A DNA stretch of 59,652 nt from Candidatus Zambryskiibacteriota bacterium (GCA_016177225.1 JACOVQ010000002.1:1-59652), one strand, 5' to 3'; positions 1-7,904 are shown, counted from the first letter of the stretch. A program made the numbers and translations. The notes: a model not told the origin generated them from the sequence alone.

Positions 1-125
1 TCGCGGACTCGCGTGTGCAAAAACCAAAAAATTTCCTTGCATTTTCCTCGCGCCTCCTCCCCCCACCCCTCCGCCGCGAAGCGGAAAAAGAAATGGAAAG
101 GAAATTTTTTGGTTTTGCTTCGCCG
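1..125. repeat. IR-L: left arm of a perfect 125-bp inverted repeat (partner 2043..2167); may continue beyond the window edge
   Basis: 1..125 is the exact reverse complement of 2043..2167. Each arm is internally palindromic (AAACCAAAAAATTTCC ... GGAAATTTTTTGGTTT) around a C-rich/G-rich core. Confidence 0.9.
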
Positions 126-427
126 TTTCAGTCTCCGAAAAGAGCAATCTTATTTTAACATTTTTGTTTGCTCTTTTCTCCACCCTCACGGCGACCGAGG
201 CGCTTCCTCTCCGCGTTCTGTGGTAGCTCTAAACCTCTGTGGCTTCGATACTGGTCGTGGTAACTCAAAGAATATGGATTGTGCTAAGCACAAACAAATC
301 TGTATGTGCTTGCCCACCCACCCTATGCGCGCACAAATCCCCACCGTTTTTAGGAAATATTATAAAACGGCGGGGATTGCTACCACGACGAGAAACATTT
401 AAATGTTTAGTATGAACAAAAAAATTA

Positions 428-1732
428 TTAAAGAGCCTTAGTGACCCTAAGAAAGAATCCTTGATCATTTTGCTCCACAGTTCCCTGTAAGGTAACTGTC
501 TTATCCAAATAGGTAGCCATAGTGGAAGGTTGTCCTCCGGTTGACTCTGGCATTGGTGGAGGAACCTCAAGCACTAACCATGTGGTTACTTGGAATTTAT
601 TTGTGCCATCAGTCAAAGCAAAATTAGGATCAGTGAAATAATTTTTTCCAGTGAGAATCAATTTTCCGGTTATTTGTACCTTTTTATTTAAGAAACTACT
701 GGGATTGTGGGCTAATGTGTCTATCGTTACTATTGAAGTATCAGTTTGTGAAGATGTATTACTCGAAATAAAAGGATTTTTTGTAATCAGTTTCCAATCA
801 GACGAATATACAACATCGCCAGTTCTTGTTGAAGAAAACTGATATGTCTGTAGAGTAAAAGAAGTATCGCCATATTTCTTTCTCCATGTGTTCCAAAGTG
901 TTTCAGAAACTTTAAATGGTGAAGACCTTAATCCGTCAAGGTAGGAAAATTGTTTTTGATTAGTGTCATAGCTCAATACAGCAAAAAGGGGATTGAAATC
1001 ATCTTGGTAGGAAATAACTATGCGATTATTTCCGATGAATTGGATAATATCTGGATAGCCATAAAAAGCTTGGCTTACAGCAGGAAAACCAGGAAGAATG
1101 TTTGGACCGATTTTTTTCCAATCGGTTACTAAACTATTGAGAATCGTTTGATTGGTAATAGCTGGCGGAGTTTGAGTAATTGCCTGCCCTGTAAATTTGA
1201 AAGTAGAAAGAATTTGGTTTAGTAAATTTTCTGCTGTGACTTTGTTTTCTGAATGATAAGATACATAACTTACATACCAACTACCACCTTTTTCAAATTG
1301 AATATAAATCTGATTTAGATTGTCATACATACCTCCGTCTAATTCAAACTTTTCCGATGAATAACCAGCTACTTTAGTTGATGGTACATGAGCACTACCT
1401 CCTTCTATTTTGTTTTTCTGAATTAGTAAATCATAAATAAAACAATCCTTTGGCCATTGACCTCCTCCAGTTCCTAAAATCTTTTCACAAGATTGAGAAG
1501 ATTGTATAGAAATCCCAGAATTATTTTCTTTTAAGGAATAACTATTTGCGTATTTTAGTTCAAAACCATATTTATTATTTGTGTATGTTTGTAAATTTGT
1601 GGTCGGTGAAACTTGCTCATTATTCGGTTCTTGAGATTTTTTAGAAAAGACAAAATATCCACCGACAGCTACGATAGCGACAATTACTACTATCAAAACA
1701 ATATTTGCAAAACCTTTTTGTGAGTTTTCCAT
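428..1732 (-). CDS. Hypothetical membrane-anchored/secreted protein
   Basis: ORF track 428..1792. Start moved to the internal MENSQKG so it does not overlap the upstream XRE gene. N-terminal hydrophobic helix IVLIVVIVAIVAVGGYFVF. No domain recognised. Confidence 0.6.
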   Translation of the reverse strand: MENSQKGFANIVLIVVIVAIVAVGGYFVFSKKSQEPNNEQVSPTTNLQTYTNNKYGFELKYANSYSLKENNSGISIQSSQSCEKILGTGGGQWPKDCFIYDLLIQKNKIEGGSAHVPSTKVAGYSSEKFELDGGMYDNLNQIYIQFEKGGSWYVSYVSYHSENKVTAENLLNQILSTFKFTGQAITQTPPAITNQTILNSLVTDWKKIGPNILPGFPAVSQAFYGYPDIIQFIGNNRIVISYQDDFNPLFAVLSYDTNQKQFSYLDGLRSSPFKVSETLWNTWRKKYGDTSFTLQTYQFSSTRTGDVVYSSDWKLITKNPFISSNTSSQTDTSIVTIDTLAHNPSSFLNKKVQITGKLILTGKNYFTDPNFALTDGTNKFQVTTWLVLEVPPPMPESTGGQPSTMATYLDKTVTLQGTVEQNDQGFFLRVTKAL

Positions 1733-1748
1733 AATTTTTATTGTACCA

Positions 1749-1967
1749 TTAATTAATAAAATAGTTAATATCTTTGTTATAAACTTTTGCAAACTCTGCC
1801 AATTCTACCGCATCAACTCCTCGCTCGCCCCGCTCTATCTTGGAAATATACGCTTGAGGTTTCTTTAATAGTTTTCCTGCCTCTACTTGCGTTAAACCTG
1901 CCTCTTGGCGAGCGGAGCGTAGTTTTGCGGTAAGTTTTTGATATTTTGCTTGGTATTTCTTCGACAT
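1749..1967 (-). CDS. XRE/Cro-C1-type helix-turn-helix transcriptional regulator (72 aa)
   Basis: LTQVEAGKLLKKPQAYISKIERGERGVDAVELAEFAKVY is a typical HTH_3/XRE signature. Confidence 0.8.
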   Translation of the reverse strand: MSKKYQAKYQKLTAKLRSARQEAGLTQVEAGKLLKKPQAYISKIERGERGVDAVELAEFAKVYNKDINYFIN

Positions 1968-2042
1968 ATAGATATTAACATAATATAGTCGAAAGTGGAA
2001 TATACCATTTTAGATTATTGTGATAAACTGTATTCATGCTAC

Positions 2043-2167
2043 CGGCGAAGCAAAACCAAAAAATTTCCTTTCCATTTCTTTTTCCGCTTCGCGGCGGAGG
2101 GGTGGGGGGAGGAGGCGCGAGGAAAATGCAAGGAAATTTTTTGGTTTTTGCACACGCGAGTCCGCGA
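2043..2167. repeat. IR-R: right arm of the perfect 125-bp inverted repeat
   Basis: Exact reverse complement of 1..125. It abuts the first canonical in-frame start (GTG 2170) of tsaD. Confidence 0.9.
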
Positions 2168-2169
2168 GC

Positions 2170-3342
2170 GTGTCCGAGGCGCGCATCATTGGTCATCAGG
2201 GTTCAATTCAAAATACATTCGAACTTCGTTCAATACACACCGCCAAAATTTTATCAATAGAAACTTCGTGTGATGAAACTGCGGTAGCTGTTTTGGATAT
2301 AAACGGCGAATTGGAGAAACCGGATATAAAAATTTTGGGTAATACGCTTTTGTCTCAAATGCATTTGCATGAGAAGTATGGCGGTGTTTATCCAAACTTG
2401 GCAAAGAGAGAGCATGAGAAAAATTTACCAATACTTCTAGAAAAAACTTTGGAGCAAGCGGGCTTTCCTTCCCCTGCTAAGGGGAAGGTGCCAAAGGCGG
2501 AAGGGGTCGATTTAATCGCAGTTACAAGCGGGCCCGGACTCGAGCCGGCGCTTTGGGTTGGCATAACATTTGCAGAAAAATTGGGCAAAAAATGGAATAA
2601 ACCAATCATTCCAGTTAATCACATGACAGGTCATATTTGGTCGGTATTATTTGAAGGTAAGAAAATGGAACTGCCGGCTATAGCCTTGCTCGTATCGGGC
2701 GGGCACACGGAACTGGTTTATATAAAAGATTTTGAAGAGTACAAAATTATGGGACGCACCAGAGACGATGCCGTCGGCGAAGCATTTGATAAAGTAGCCA
2801 GAATGCTTGGACTTCCCTATCCTGGAGGACCGCAAATTTCGAAATTGGCGGAAAAGAACAGGAGTATGAACCACGAATCACGAATCATGTTCCCGAGACC
2901 GATGATTAATTCCGGCGATTTGGATTTCTCTTATTCTGGATTGAAGACTGCCGTTTTATATAAACTCAGAGACCTCTCCCAACCCTCTCCTAGGCTAGGA
3001 GAGGGCGGGCTTAGCCCGGGTGAGGTCGAAGAAATGGCTCGAGCATTCGAAGACGCGGCGGTGGAAGTATTGATAAAGAAAACACGCAAAGCTATTTTAG
3101 AGAAAGGCGATATAAAAACTCTCATTGTCGGCGGCGGCGTCTCGGCTAATCATTATTTGCGCCAAGAGATTAAAAAAATGGCTCAAAATATAAACTTAGA
3201 GATTCAACTTCCAAGTGTAGAGATGACTGGAGACAACGCGTTAATGATAGGTCTTGCGGCATATGTAAAGGTCAAAAAAGACCCGGGAATCCTTAAAAAT
3301 CATGCTCCCATAATAGCTCGAGGTAATGCTACACTAGGGTAA
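2170..3342 (+). CDS. tsaD: tRNA N6-adenosine threonylcarbamoyltransferase TsaD (start uncertain)
   Basis: KILSIETSCDETAVAV, VTSGPGLEPALWVG and VNHMTGH motifs. The tracked start at 2020 reads through the IR. GTG 2170 is the only canonical start between the IR and the conserved core, which begins at about 2245. Confidence 0.85.
   Translation: MSEARIIGHQGSIQNTFELRSIHTAKILSIETSCDETAVAVLDINGELEKPDIKILGNTLLSQMHLHEKYGGVYPNLAKREHEKNLPILLEKTLEQAGFPSPAKGKVPKAEGVDLIAVTSGPGLEPALWVGITFAEKLGKKWNKPIIPVNHMTGHIWSVLFEGKKMELPAIALLVSGGHTELVYIKDFEEYKIMGRTRDDAVGEAFDKVARMLGLPYPGGPQISKLAEKNRSMNHESRIMFPRPMINSGDLDFSYSGLKTAVLYKLRDLSQPSPRLGEGGLSPGEVEEMARAFEDAAVEVLIKKTRKAILEKGDIKTLIVGGGVSANHYLRQEIKKMAQNINLEIQLPSVEMTGDNALMIGLAAYVKVKKDPGILKNHAPIIARGNATLG
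2467..2488 (+). repeat. In-frame palindrome CCTTCCCC-TGCTAA-GGGGAAGG inside tsaD
   Basis: Perfect 8-bp arms. It encodes part of the extra segment FPSPAKGKVPKAEG, located between LEQAG and VDLIAVTSGPG. Confidence 0.6.
2972..3026 (+). repeat. Family-A imperfect palindrome (~55 nt) in frame in tsaD
   Basis: ACCTCTCCC-AA-CCCTCTCC-TAGGCTA-GGAGAGGG-CGGGCTTAGCCC-GGGTGAGGT. Translated as LSQPSPRLGEGGLSPGEV. Related to the copies in secA and gatB. Confidence 0.8.
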
Positions 3343-5354
3343 TGAATGGCAAGTTTCTGAAACCCTATAATCCGCAAGAAACGGAGGGCCAGATATACAA
3401 ACTCTGGGAAGAATCGGGCTTTTTCAACCCGGACAAATTGCCAGAGCGGCACAAAGAACCGTTTTCAATAGTACTGCCACCTCCAAACGTAACTGGCGTG
3501 CTTCACCTTGGCTCGGCGCTAATGATAGCAATTGAGGATATGATGATGCGCTTTGAACGAATGCGCGGTAAGAAAACACTCTGGATTCCCGGCACCGACC
3601 ATGCTTCCATTGCCACTGAAACAAAATTTTTGAAAGAGAAGAAAATCTCGCGAAGCGATTATTCTAGAGAAGAATTCGTAGGAATGGTTAATGAGTACGC
3701 GTTAGAAAATCAAGAGGCAATTATCAAGCAAATCAAAGCTATTGGAGCCTCGCTGGATTGGTCGCGGCAAGCTTTCACTTTGGATAAGGAGAGAAGCCGT
3801 GCAGTAGAAGAAGCTTTTATGCGTATGGATAAAGCTGGACTGATTTACAAAGGAGAAAAAATCGTAAATTGGGACCCGAAGGGCCAGACAGTAATTTCAG
3901 ACGACGAGATAGTACATCAAGAAGAGAAGACAAAATTTTACTACCTAAAGTACGGGCCATTTACTATTGCTACAGCTCGGCCAGAGACAAAATTCGGCGA
4001 CAAATACGTTGTCATGCATCCGACGGACGTTAGGTACAAAGATTATTCGCACGGGCAAAAGCTCAAAGTCGAGTGGATCAATGGCCCCATCACCGCCACG
4101 GTTATAAAAGACGATGCTATAGATATGGAATTCGGTACCGGTGTGATGACTATCACTCCTTGGCACTCTCAAATCGATTTCGACATAGCCGAGAGACACA
4201 AGCTGGATAAAGAACAGATTATAGATAAGTACGGGAAACTGCTACCGATTGCTGGAGAGTTTGCCGGGATGAAAATCTCTGAAGCCAGAGCAAAGATTAT
4301 TGAAAAACTAAAAGATAAAGGGCTATTGATAAAAGAGGAAGCGTATGCGCACAATGTAGCCACAGCCGAACGCACCGGCGGCATCATAGAGCCGCAAATC
4401 ATGAATCAATGGTTCGTAGATGTAAATAAACCGATAAAATATCGCGGCAATAAAAGTTTAAAAGAATTGATGCTCGAACCGATTGCAGAGAAAAAAATAA
4501 AAATCATTCCCGAACACTTCGAAAAAACTTATTTCCACTGGATACATAACTTGCGTGATTGGTGTATTTCAAGGCAGATCTGGTATGGACATAAAATCCC
4601 TATCGAAGGCGAAACAGACACTTTGGATACATGGTTTTCTTCCGCCCTTTGGACATTCTCCACTCTGGGCTGGCCGGAAGAAACAGAGGATCTAGAGGCA
4701 TATTACCCCACTTCAGTACTAGAAACTGGCTACGATATTTTGTTTTTCTGGATAGCTAGGATGATTTTGATGAGCCAATTTTTGCTTGGGACAATTCCAT
4801 TCCGTACAGTTTACCTGCATGGACTAGTTCGTGATGAAAAGAATAGGAAAATCAGTAAGTCTCTGGGCAACAACATAGACCCGCTAGACGTCATCAGAAA
4901 CTTTGGTGCGGACGCATTGAGAATGGGACTAATTATAGGCACAAGTCCCGGCAATGATAGCAAAGTATCAATGGAGAAGTTCAAGGCTTATAAATATTTT
5001 TCCAACAAGATTTGGAATATAGCGCGATTTGTTTTATCTAAGGAAAGTGGGGGCGAAATAGATGCGAAACTCAAAGAAGAATTTGATGCTTTAGCGAAAA
5101 ATATCACGGAGGATATGGAAAACTATCGCTTTTATCTCGCGGCGGAGAAAATTTACGCTTATATCTGGCACCGCTTTGCTGACACAATACTAGAGGAGTC
5201 TAAAAAGAAGCCGGAACTAAATGCTACACTTTATTATCTTCTCGAAAACTCGCTCAAATTACTCCATCCGTTTATGCCGTTTATAACAGAGGAAATTTGG
5301 CGAGAATTTAAAAAAGATAATATATTAATGATAGAAAAATGGCCAACACCGTAA
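3342..5354 (+). CDS. valS: Valyl-tRNA synthetase, compact form (670 aa)
   Basis: PPPNVTGVLHLGSA (HIGH region), ATARPETKFGD, WCISRQIWYGHKIP, DTLDTWFSS and KISKSLGN (KMSKS). The start overlaps the tsaD stop (TAATG). Confidence 0.85.
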   Translation: MNGKFLKPYNPQETEGQIYKLWEESGFFNPDKLPERHKEPFSIVLPPPNVTGVLHLGSALMIAIEDMMMRFERMRGKKTLWIPGTDHASIATETKFLKEKKISRSDYSREEFVGMVNEYALENQEAIIKQIKAIGASLDWSRQAFTLDKERSRAVEEAFMRMDKAGLIYKGEKIVNWDPKGQTVISDDEIVHQEEKTKFYYLKYGPFTIATARPETKFGDKYVVMHPTDVRYKDYSHGQKLKVEWINGPITATVIKDDAIDMEFGTGVMTITPWHSQIDFDIAERHKLDKEQIIDKYGKLLPIAGEFAGMKISEARAKIIEKLKDKGLLIKEEAYAHNVATAERTGGIIEPQIMNQWFVDVNKPIKYRGNKSLKELMLEPIAEKKIKIIPEHFEKTYFHWIHNLRDWCISRQIWYGHKIPIEGETDTLDTWFSSALWTFSTLGWPEETEDLEAYYPTSVLETGYDILFFWIARMILMSQFLLGTIPFRTVYLHGLVRDEKNRKISKSLGNNIDPLDVIRNFGADALRMGLIIGTSPGNDSKVSMEKFKAYKYFSNKIWNIARFVLSKESGGEIDAKLKEEFDALAKNITEDMENYRFYLAAEKIYAYIWHRFADTILEESKKKPELNATLYYLLENSLKLLHPFMPFITEEIWREFKKDNILMIEKWPTP

Positions 5355-6040
5355 TCTACGCACTACTTGGAGGGATTTTGCCGGCACTTATCTGGCTTAT
5401 CTTTTGGCTAAGGGAAGACCGGCTTTCTCCGGAACCGCGGCTTTTTATATTTAGAACGTTCATCTTCGGCATGCTCGGAGTGCTTCTCATAACCGTCGGC
5501 GCAATTGTGTTTGAAGACCAAGTCGGAACTCTTCTAAATAACTTAACAATAGGAGCTATCTTTCTTCTCGCGACACTGGAAGAAAGCCTGAAGCTTCTCG
5601 CGGCATATTTTGGCGGGCTTGATACAAGCGAAGATAACGAGCCGATAGACCCGATGATTTACACAATCACAGCCGCCCTGGGATTTGTCGCGCTTGAAAA
5701 TGCTTTATTTATTTTGGGACCGCTTATGGACGGCCAGGTGGCAAAAAGCATTCTTACCGGCGACATGCGATTTATCGGCGCAAGCCTTTTGCACGTCGTT
5801 TCTTCCGGACTAATCGGAGTGGCGATATCGTTCTCTTTTTATAAGTCGAGAACAAAAAAAATACTAGCGAGCATTATCGGCCTAGTTGGAGCTATCATCT
5901 TCCATACTTTCTTTAACACCTTAATTACATTTCTAAATGGTACCGGCAATATGTGGTCATCTATTGCAGTCTGGATAGGCGTCATTTTCCTCTTGTGGGC
6001 ATTTGAGAAAGCCAAATCTATTGCGCCGCAAAACCAGTAG
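5339..6040 (+). CDS. PrsW-family intramembrane protease-like protein
   Basis: Polytopic membrane protein with the LEESLKLL (EExxK) and FHTFFN (HxxxN) motifs typical of PrsW. Confidence 0.55.
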   Translation: MANTVIYALLGGILPALIWLIFWLREDRLSPEPRLFIFRTFIFGMLGVLLITVGAIVFEDQVGTLLNNLTIGAIFLLATLEESLKLLAAYFGGLDTSEDNEPIDPMIYTITAALGFVALENALFILGPLMDGQVAKSILTGDMRFIGASLLHVVSSGLIGVAISFSFYKSRTKKILASIIGLVGAIIFHTFFNTLITFLNGTGNMWSSIAVWIGVIFLLWAFEKAKSIAPQNQ

Positions 6041-6042
6041 GG

Positions 6043-6048
6043 TATAAT
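6043..6048 (+). promoter_or_regulatory. -10 box TATAAT, 9 nt upstream of the hsp20 ATG
   Basis: GGGTATAATTAAATCAATATG. No Shine-Dalgarno sequence between the box and the ATG. Confidence 0.4.
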
Positions 6049-6057
6049 TAAATCAAT

Positions 6058-6516
6058 ATGGGAAGGTCTTTTTTTGAAAGATTGACCGGCGCCGTGAAGC
6101 TCGACGAAAATTCGAGTGAAGACAAAAGCTCTGTAGCAAAAGCTTCCAATTCCAAAATAAGCGCTTTCGAAGAAATGGCCGATGAAGAAGCTCAGCTTAC
6201 CGTAGACGTCTACCAGACCCCGTCGGAAATTATTATCAAAACCATGGTGGCGGGAGTGAAGCCAGACGACCTCGACGTTTCCATTACTCGAGAAAGCGTA
6301 ACTGTTAGAGGCAAAAGAGCCGAGGAAAGAACTGTTTCGGATGACGACTATTTCCATCGCGAGCTGTATTGGGGCGCCTTCTCGAGAACCGTTACTTTGC
6401 CGGAAGAAATCGACGTGGACGGAGCCGAAGCGGTGGAGAAGCACGGCATGCTCATTCTTCATCTTCCCAAACTCGACAAAAACCGCCAAACCAAACTTCG
6501 AGTAAAAGGGAACTAG
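6058..6516 (+). CDS. Hsp20/alpha-crystallin small heat-shock protein
   Basis: The alpha-crystallin domain pattern VDVYQT...IIIKTMVAGVKPDDLDVSI...VTVRGKR...ELYWGAFSRTVTLPEEID...GMLILHLPK. Confidence 0.85.
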   Translation: MGRSFFERLTGAVKLDENSSEDKSSVAKASNSKISAFEEMADEEAQLTVDVYQTPSEIIIKTMVAGVKPDDLDVSITRESVTVRGKRAEERTVSDDDYFHRELYWGAFSRTVTLPEEIDVDGAEAVEKHGMLILHLPKLDKNRQTKLRVKGN

Positions 6517-6552
6517 CATCTACAAGGCGAAACCTTGCAGAAAATCAGATTT

Positions 6553-6627
6553 TGGTGCTCTCCCCAGGAATCGGACCTGGAATAGCGCCTTAGGACGGCG
6601 CTGTTATATCCATTTAACTAGGAGAGC
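6553..6627 (-). tRNA. tRNA-Arg(CCU), CCA encoded
   Basis: Minus strand reads GCTCTCC-TA-GTTAAATGGATATAAC-A-GCGCC-GTCCTAA-GGCGC-TATT-CCAGG-TCCGATT-CCTGG-GGAGAGC-ACCA. This gives a cloverleaf with a 7-nt anticodon loop and anticodon CCT. Confidence 0.8.
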
Positions 6628-6805
6628 GTTTTCGAAATATAACATGAAATTTGAAAAAAACCGATATTTTGTTATATTTAAGACATGAATCCTGTTAGAG
6701 ATGGTCGCGCTCTAGCCGAAGTCACTTTGTTATATTCGGTCAAAACAGGAATTCATGTTAATTAACTATAAGACAGGAATCTAAAGATTCCTTATCTCTA
6801 ACAGG

Positions 6806-7036
6806 ATGAATCCCGAGGAAAGAGCTCTTTTGGAACAAACTCTTAAGCTGTCCGAAGAAAATAACAGGATGTTAAGAAATATCCGCAAAACGCAAAGAAG
6901 AGCGGCTATTTATGGATTCATCAAACTAGTAATAATTATTGTGCCATTGGTCGCTGGGTATCTTTTCCTACAACCATATTTGAACCAAGCGTTAGAAGGA
7001 TACAATGGAGTGCAGAGATTATTAAAGTCTTATTAA
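6806..7036 (+). CDS. Small hypothetical membrane protein (76 aa)
   Basis: One hydrophobic helix (IYGFIKLVIIIVPLVAGYLFL) after a charged N-terminus. Confidence 0.5.
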   Translation: MNPEERALLEQTLKLSEENNRMLRNIRKTQRRAAIYGFIKLVIIIVPLVAGYLFLQPYLNQALEGYNGVQRLLKSY

Positions 7037-7039
7037 AAC

Positions 7040-7113
7040 GCCCAGGTAGCTCAGTCGGTAGCAGCGCTTCCCTGAAGAGGAAGAGGTCGTCAGTTCGATC
7101 CTGACCCTGGGCA
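7040..7113 (+). tRNA. tRNA-Phe(GAA)
   Basis: GCCCAGG-TA-GCTCAGTCGGTAGCAGC-G-CTTCC-CTGAAGA-GGAAG-AGGTC-GTCAG-TTCGATC-CTGAC-CCTGGGC-A. Anticodon GAA. CCA is not encoded. Confidence 0.85.
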
Positions 7114-7169
7114 CAGATGCAGTATTAATTATGAATAAATAATACATCTGGTTGATGCGATATATCGAA

Positions 7170-7586
7170 TCAACCATGTTTACGCTTGTATTCAATGAAT
7201 TTTTCTCTACTTAGGTAATAAGGTGGCGGAGTCAGAAGATCAACCATAACATCTAGGAACTTTATCAATTTACTGTTTTTCTTTTTGCTGTGAAGAATCT
7301 TTAGAATACTTATGTAGTCTCCTTTTTCTAATCTCTTGCCTAAACGGCCAACCGTAGAAGAACTAACCTTAAGCCCTTTCCATATGCGATACGGAGATAT
7401 CCCTTTATCAAGTAGCAGAATTATCGCTAGGCGTTTAGAGAGCATGACTCTTTCTGTATGGGTCAAAAACTCTCCAAACAATCTTTCTATGTCATTGCCT
7501 TGGAATTTATTAAAAGCTTGAGTAAAACTCTTATAGATGTTTTGGAAATCTTTCTTGCTTAATGCTCTTTTTGAAACATGCGGCAT
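7170..7586 (-). CDS. TrpR-like (YerC/YecD family) HTH protein
   Basis: LTHTERVMLSKRLAIILLLDKGISPYRIWKGLKVSSSTVGRLGKRLEKG resembles the Trp-repressor-related YerC/YecD fold. Confidence 0.5.
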   Translation of the reverse strand: MPHVSKRALSKKDFQNIYKSFTQAFNKFQGNDIERLFGEFLTHTERVMLSKRLAIILLLDKGISPYRIWKGLKVSSSTVGRLGKRLEKGDYISILKILHSKKKNSKLIKFLDVMVDLLTPPPYYLSREKFIEYKRKHG

Positions 7587-7591
7587 ATATA

Positions 7592-7615
7592 ATTAGTGCG
7601 ATATATCGTACTAAT
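7592..7615. promoter_or_regulatory. 24-nt near-perfect palindrome ATTAGTGCGATATATCGTACTAAT; candidate operator
   Basis: Lies 6 nt upstream of the TrpR-like start. The core GCGATATATCG recurs at 7157..7167, just past the gene's stop. Confidence 0.4.
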
Positions 7616-7642
7616 GAGTATATCATACGTATGTAACCAAAC

Positions 7643-7885
7643 TTACATAGATACTCCGAGAGTATCTGCGAGTTTGAGCTTGTCGAAACCGACAATGACA
7701 TCCTTATCGTCAATGACGATAACCGGTACGCCCATTTGTCCGCTTTTCGATATCATCTCCTTGCGTTTTTCCAGGTCGGAAGCCACATTGTAATCGGTAA
7801 AAGAAATGCTGTTGGCCTTAAAAAATTCCTTGGCTTCATGGCAGAAGCGGCAGGTGGAGGTGGAATAAATTTCTACTTTTTTCAT
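7643..7885 (-). CDS. Glutaredoxin-like protein (NrdH/YruB type)
   Basis: MKKVEIYSTSTCRFCHEAKEFF with a CxxC motif, plus GVPVIVIDDK. 80 aa. Confidence 0.85.
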   Translation of the reverse strand: MKKVEIYSTSTCRFCHEAKEFFKANSISFTDYNVASDLEKRKEMISKSGQMGVPVIVIDDKDVIVGFDKLKLADTLGVSM

Positions 7886-7891
7886 ATGCGA

Positions 7892-7897
7892 ATTATA
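7892..7897 (-). promoter_or_regulatory. -10 box TATAAT, 6 nt upstream of the glutaredoxin ATG (leaderless-type)
   Basis: Minus strand reads GTTATAATTCGCATATG. Confidence 0.45.
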
Positions 7898-7904
7898 ACG
7901 AACT

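Noticed and set aside
13-570. ORFs 13..402 (+) and 265..570 (-), and likewise 1975..2196, 1995..2273 and 2036..2260.
   Set aside because: They run through the 125-bp inverted repeat or hairpin-dense non-coding DNA. Their low-complexity translations (PPPPTPPP, GGGVGGGG) derive from the G-run/C-run of the repeat.
5839-6519. 226-aa minus-strand ORF overlapping the prsW-like and hsp20 genes.
   Set aside because: It is antisense to two genes with clear family motifs, and its own translation has no recognisable features.
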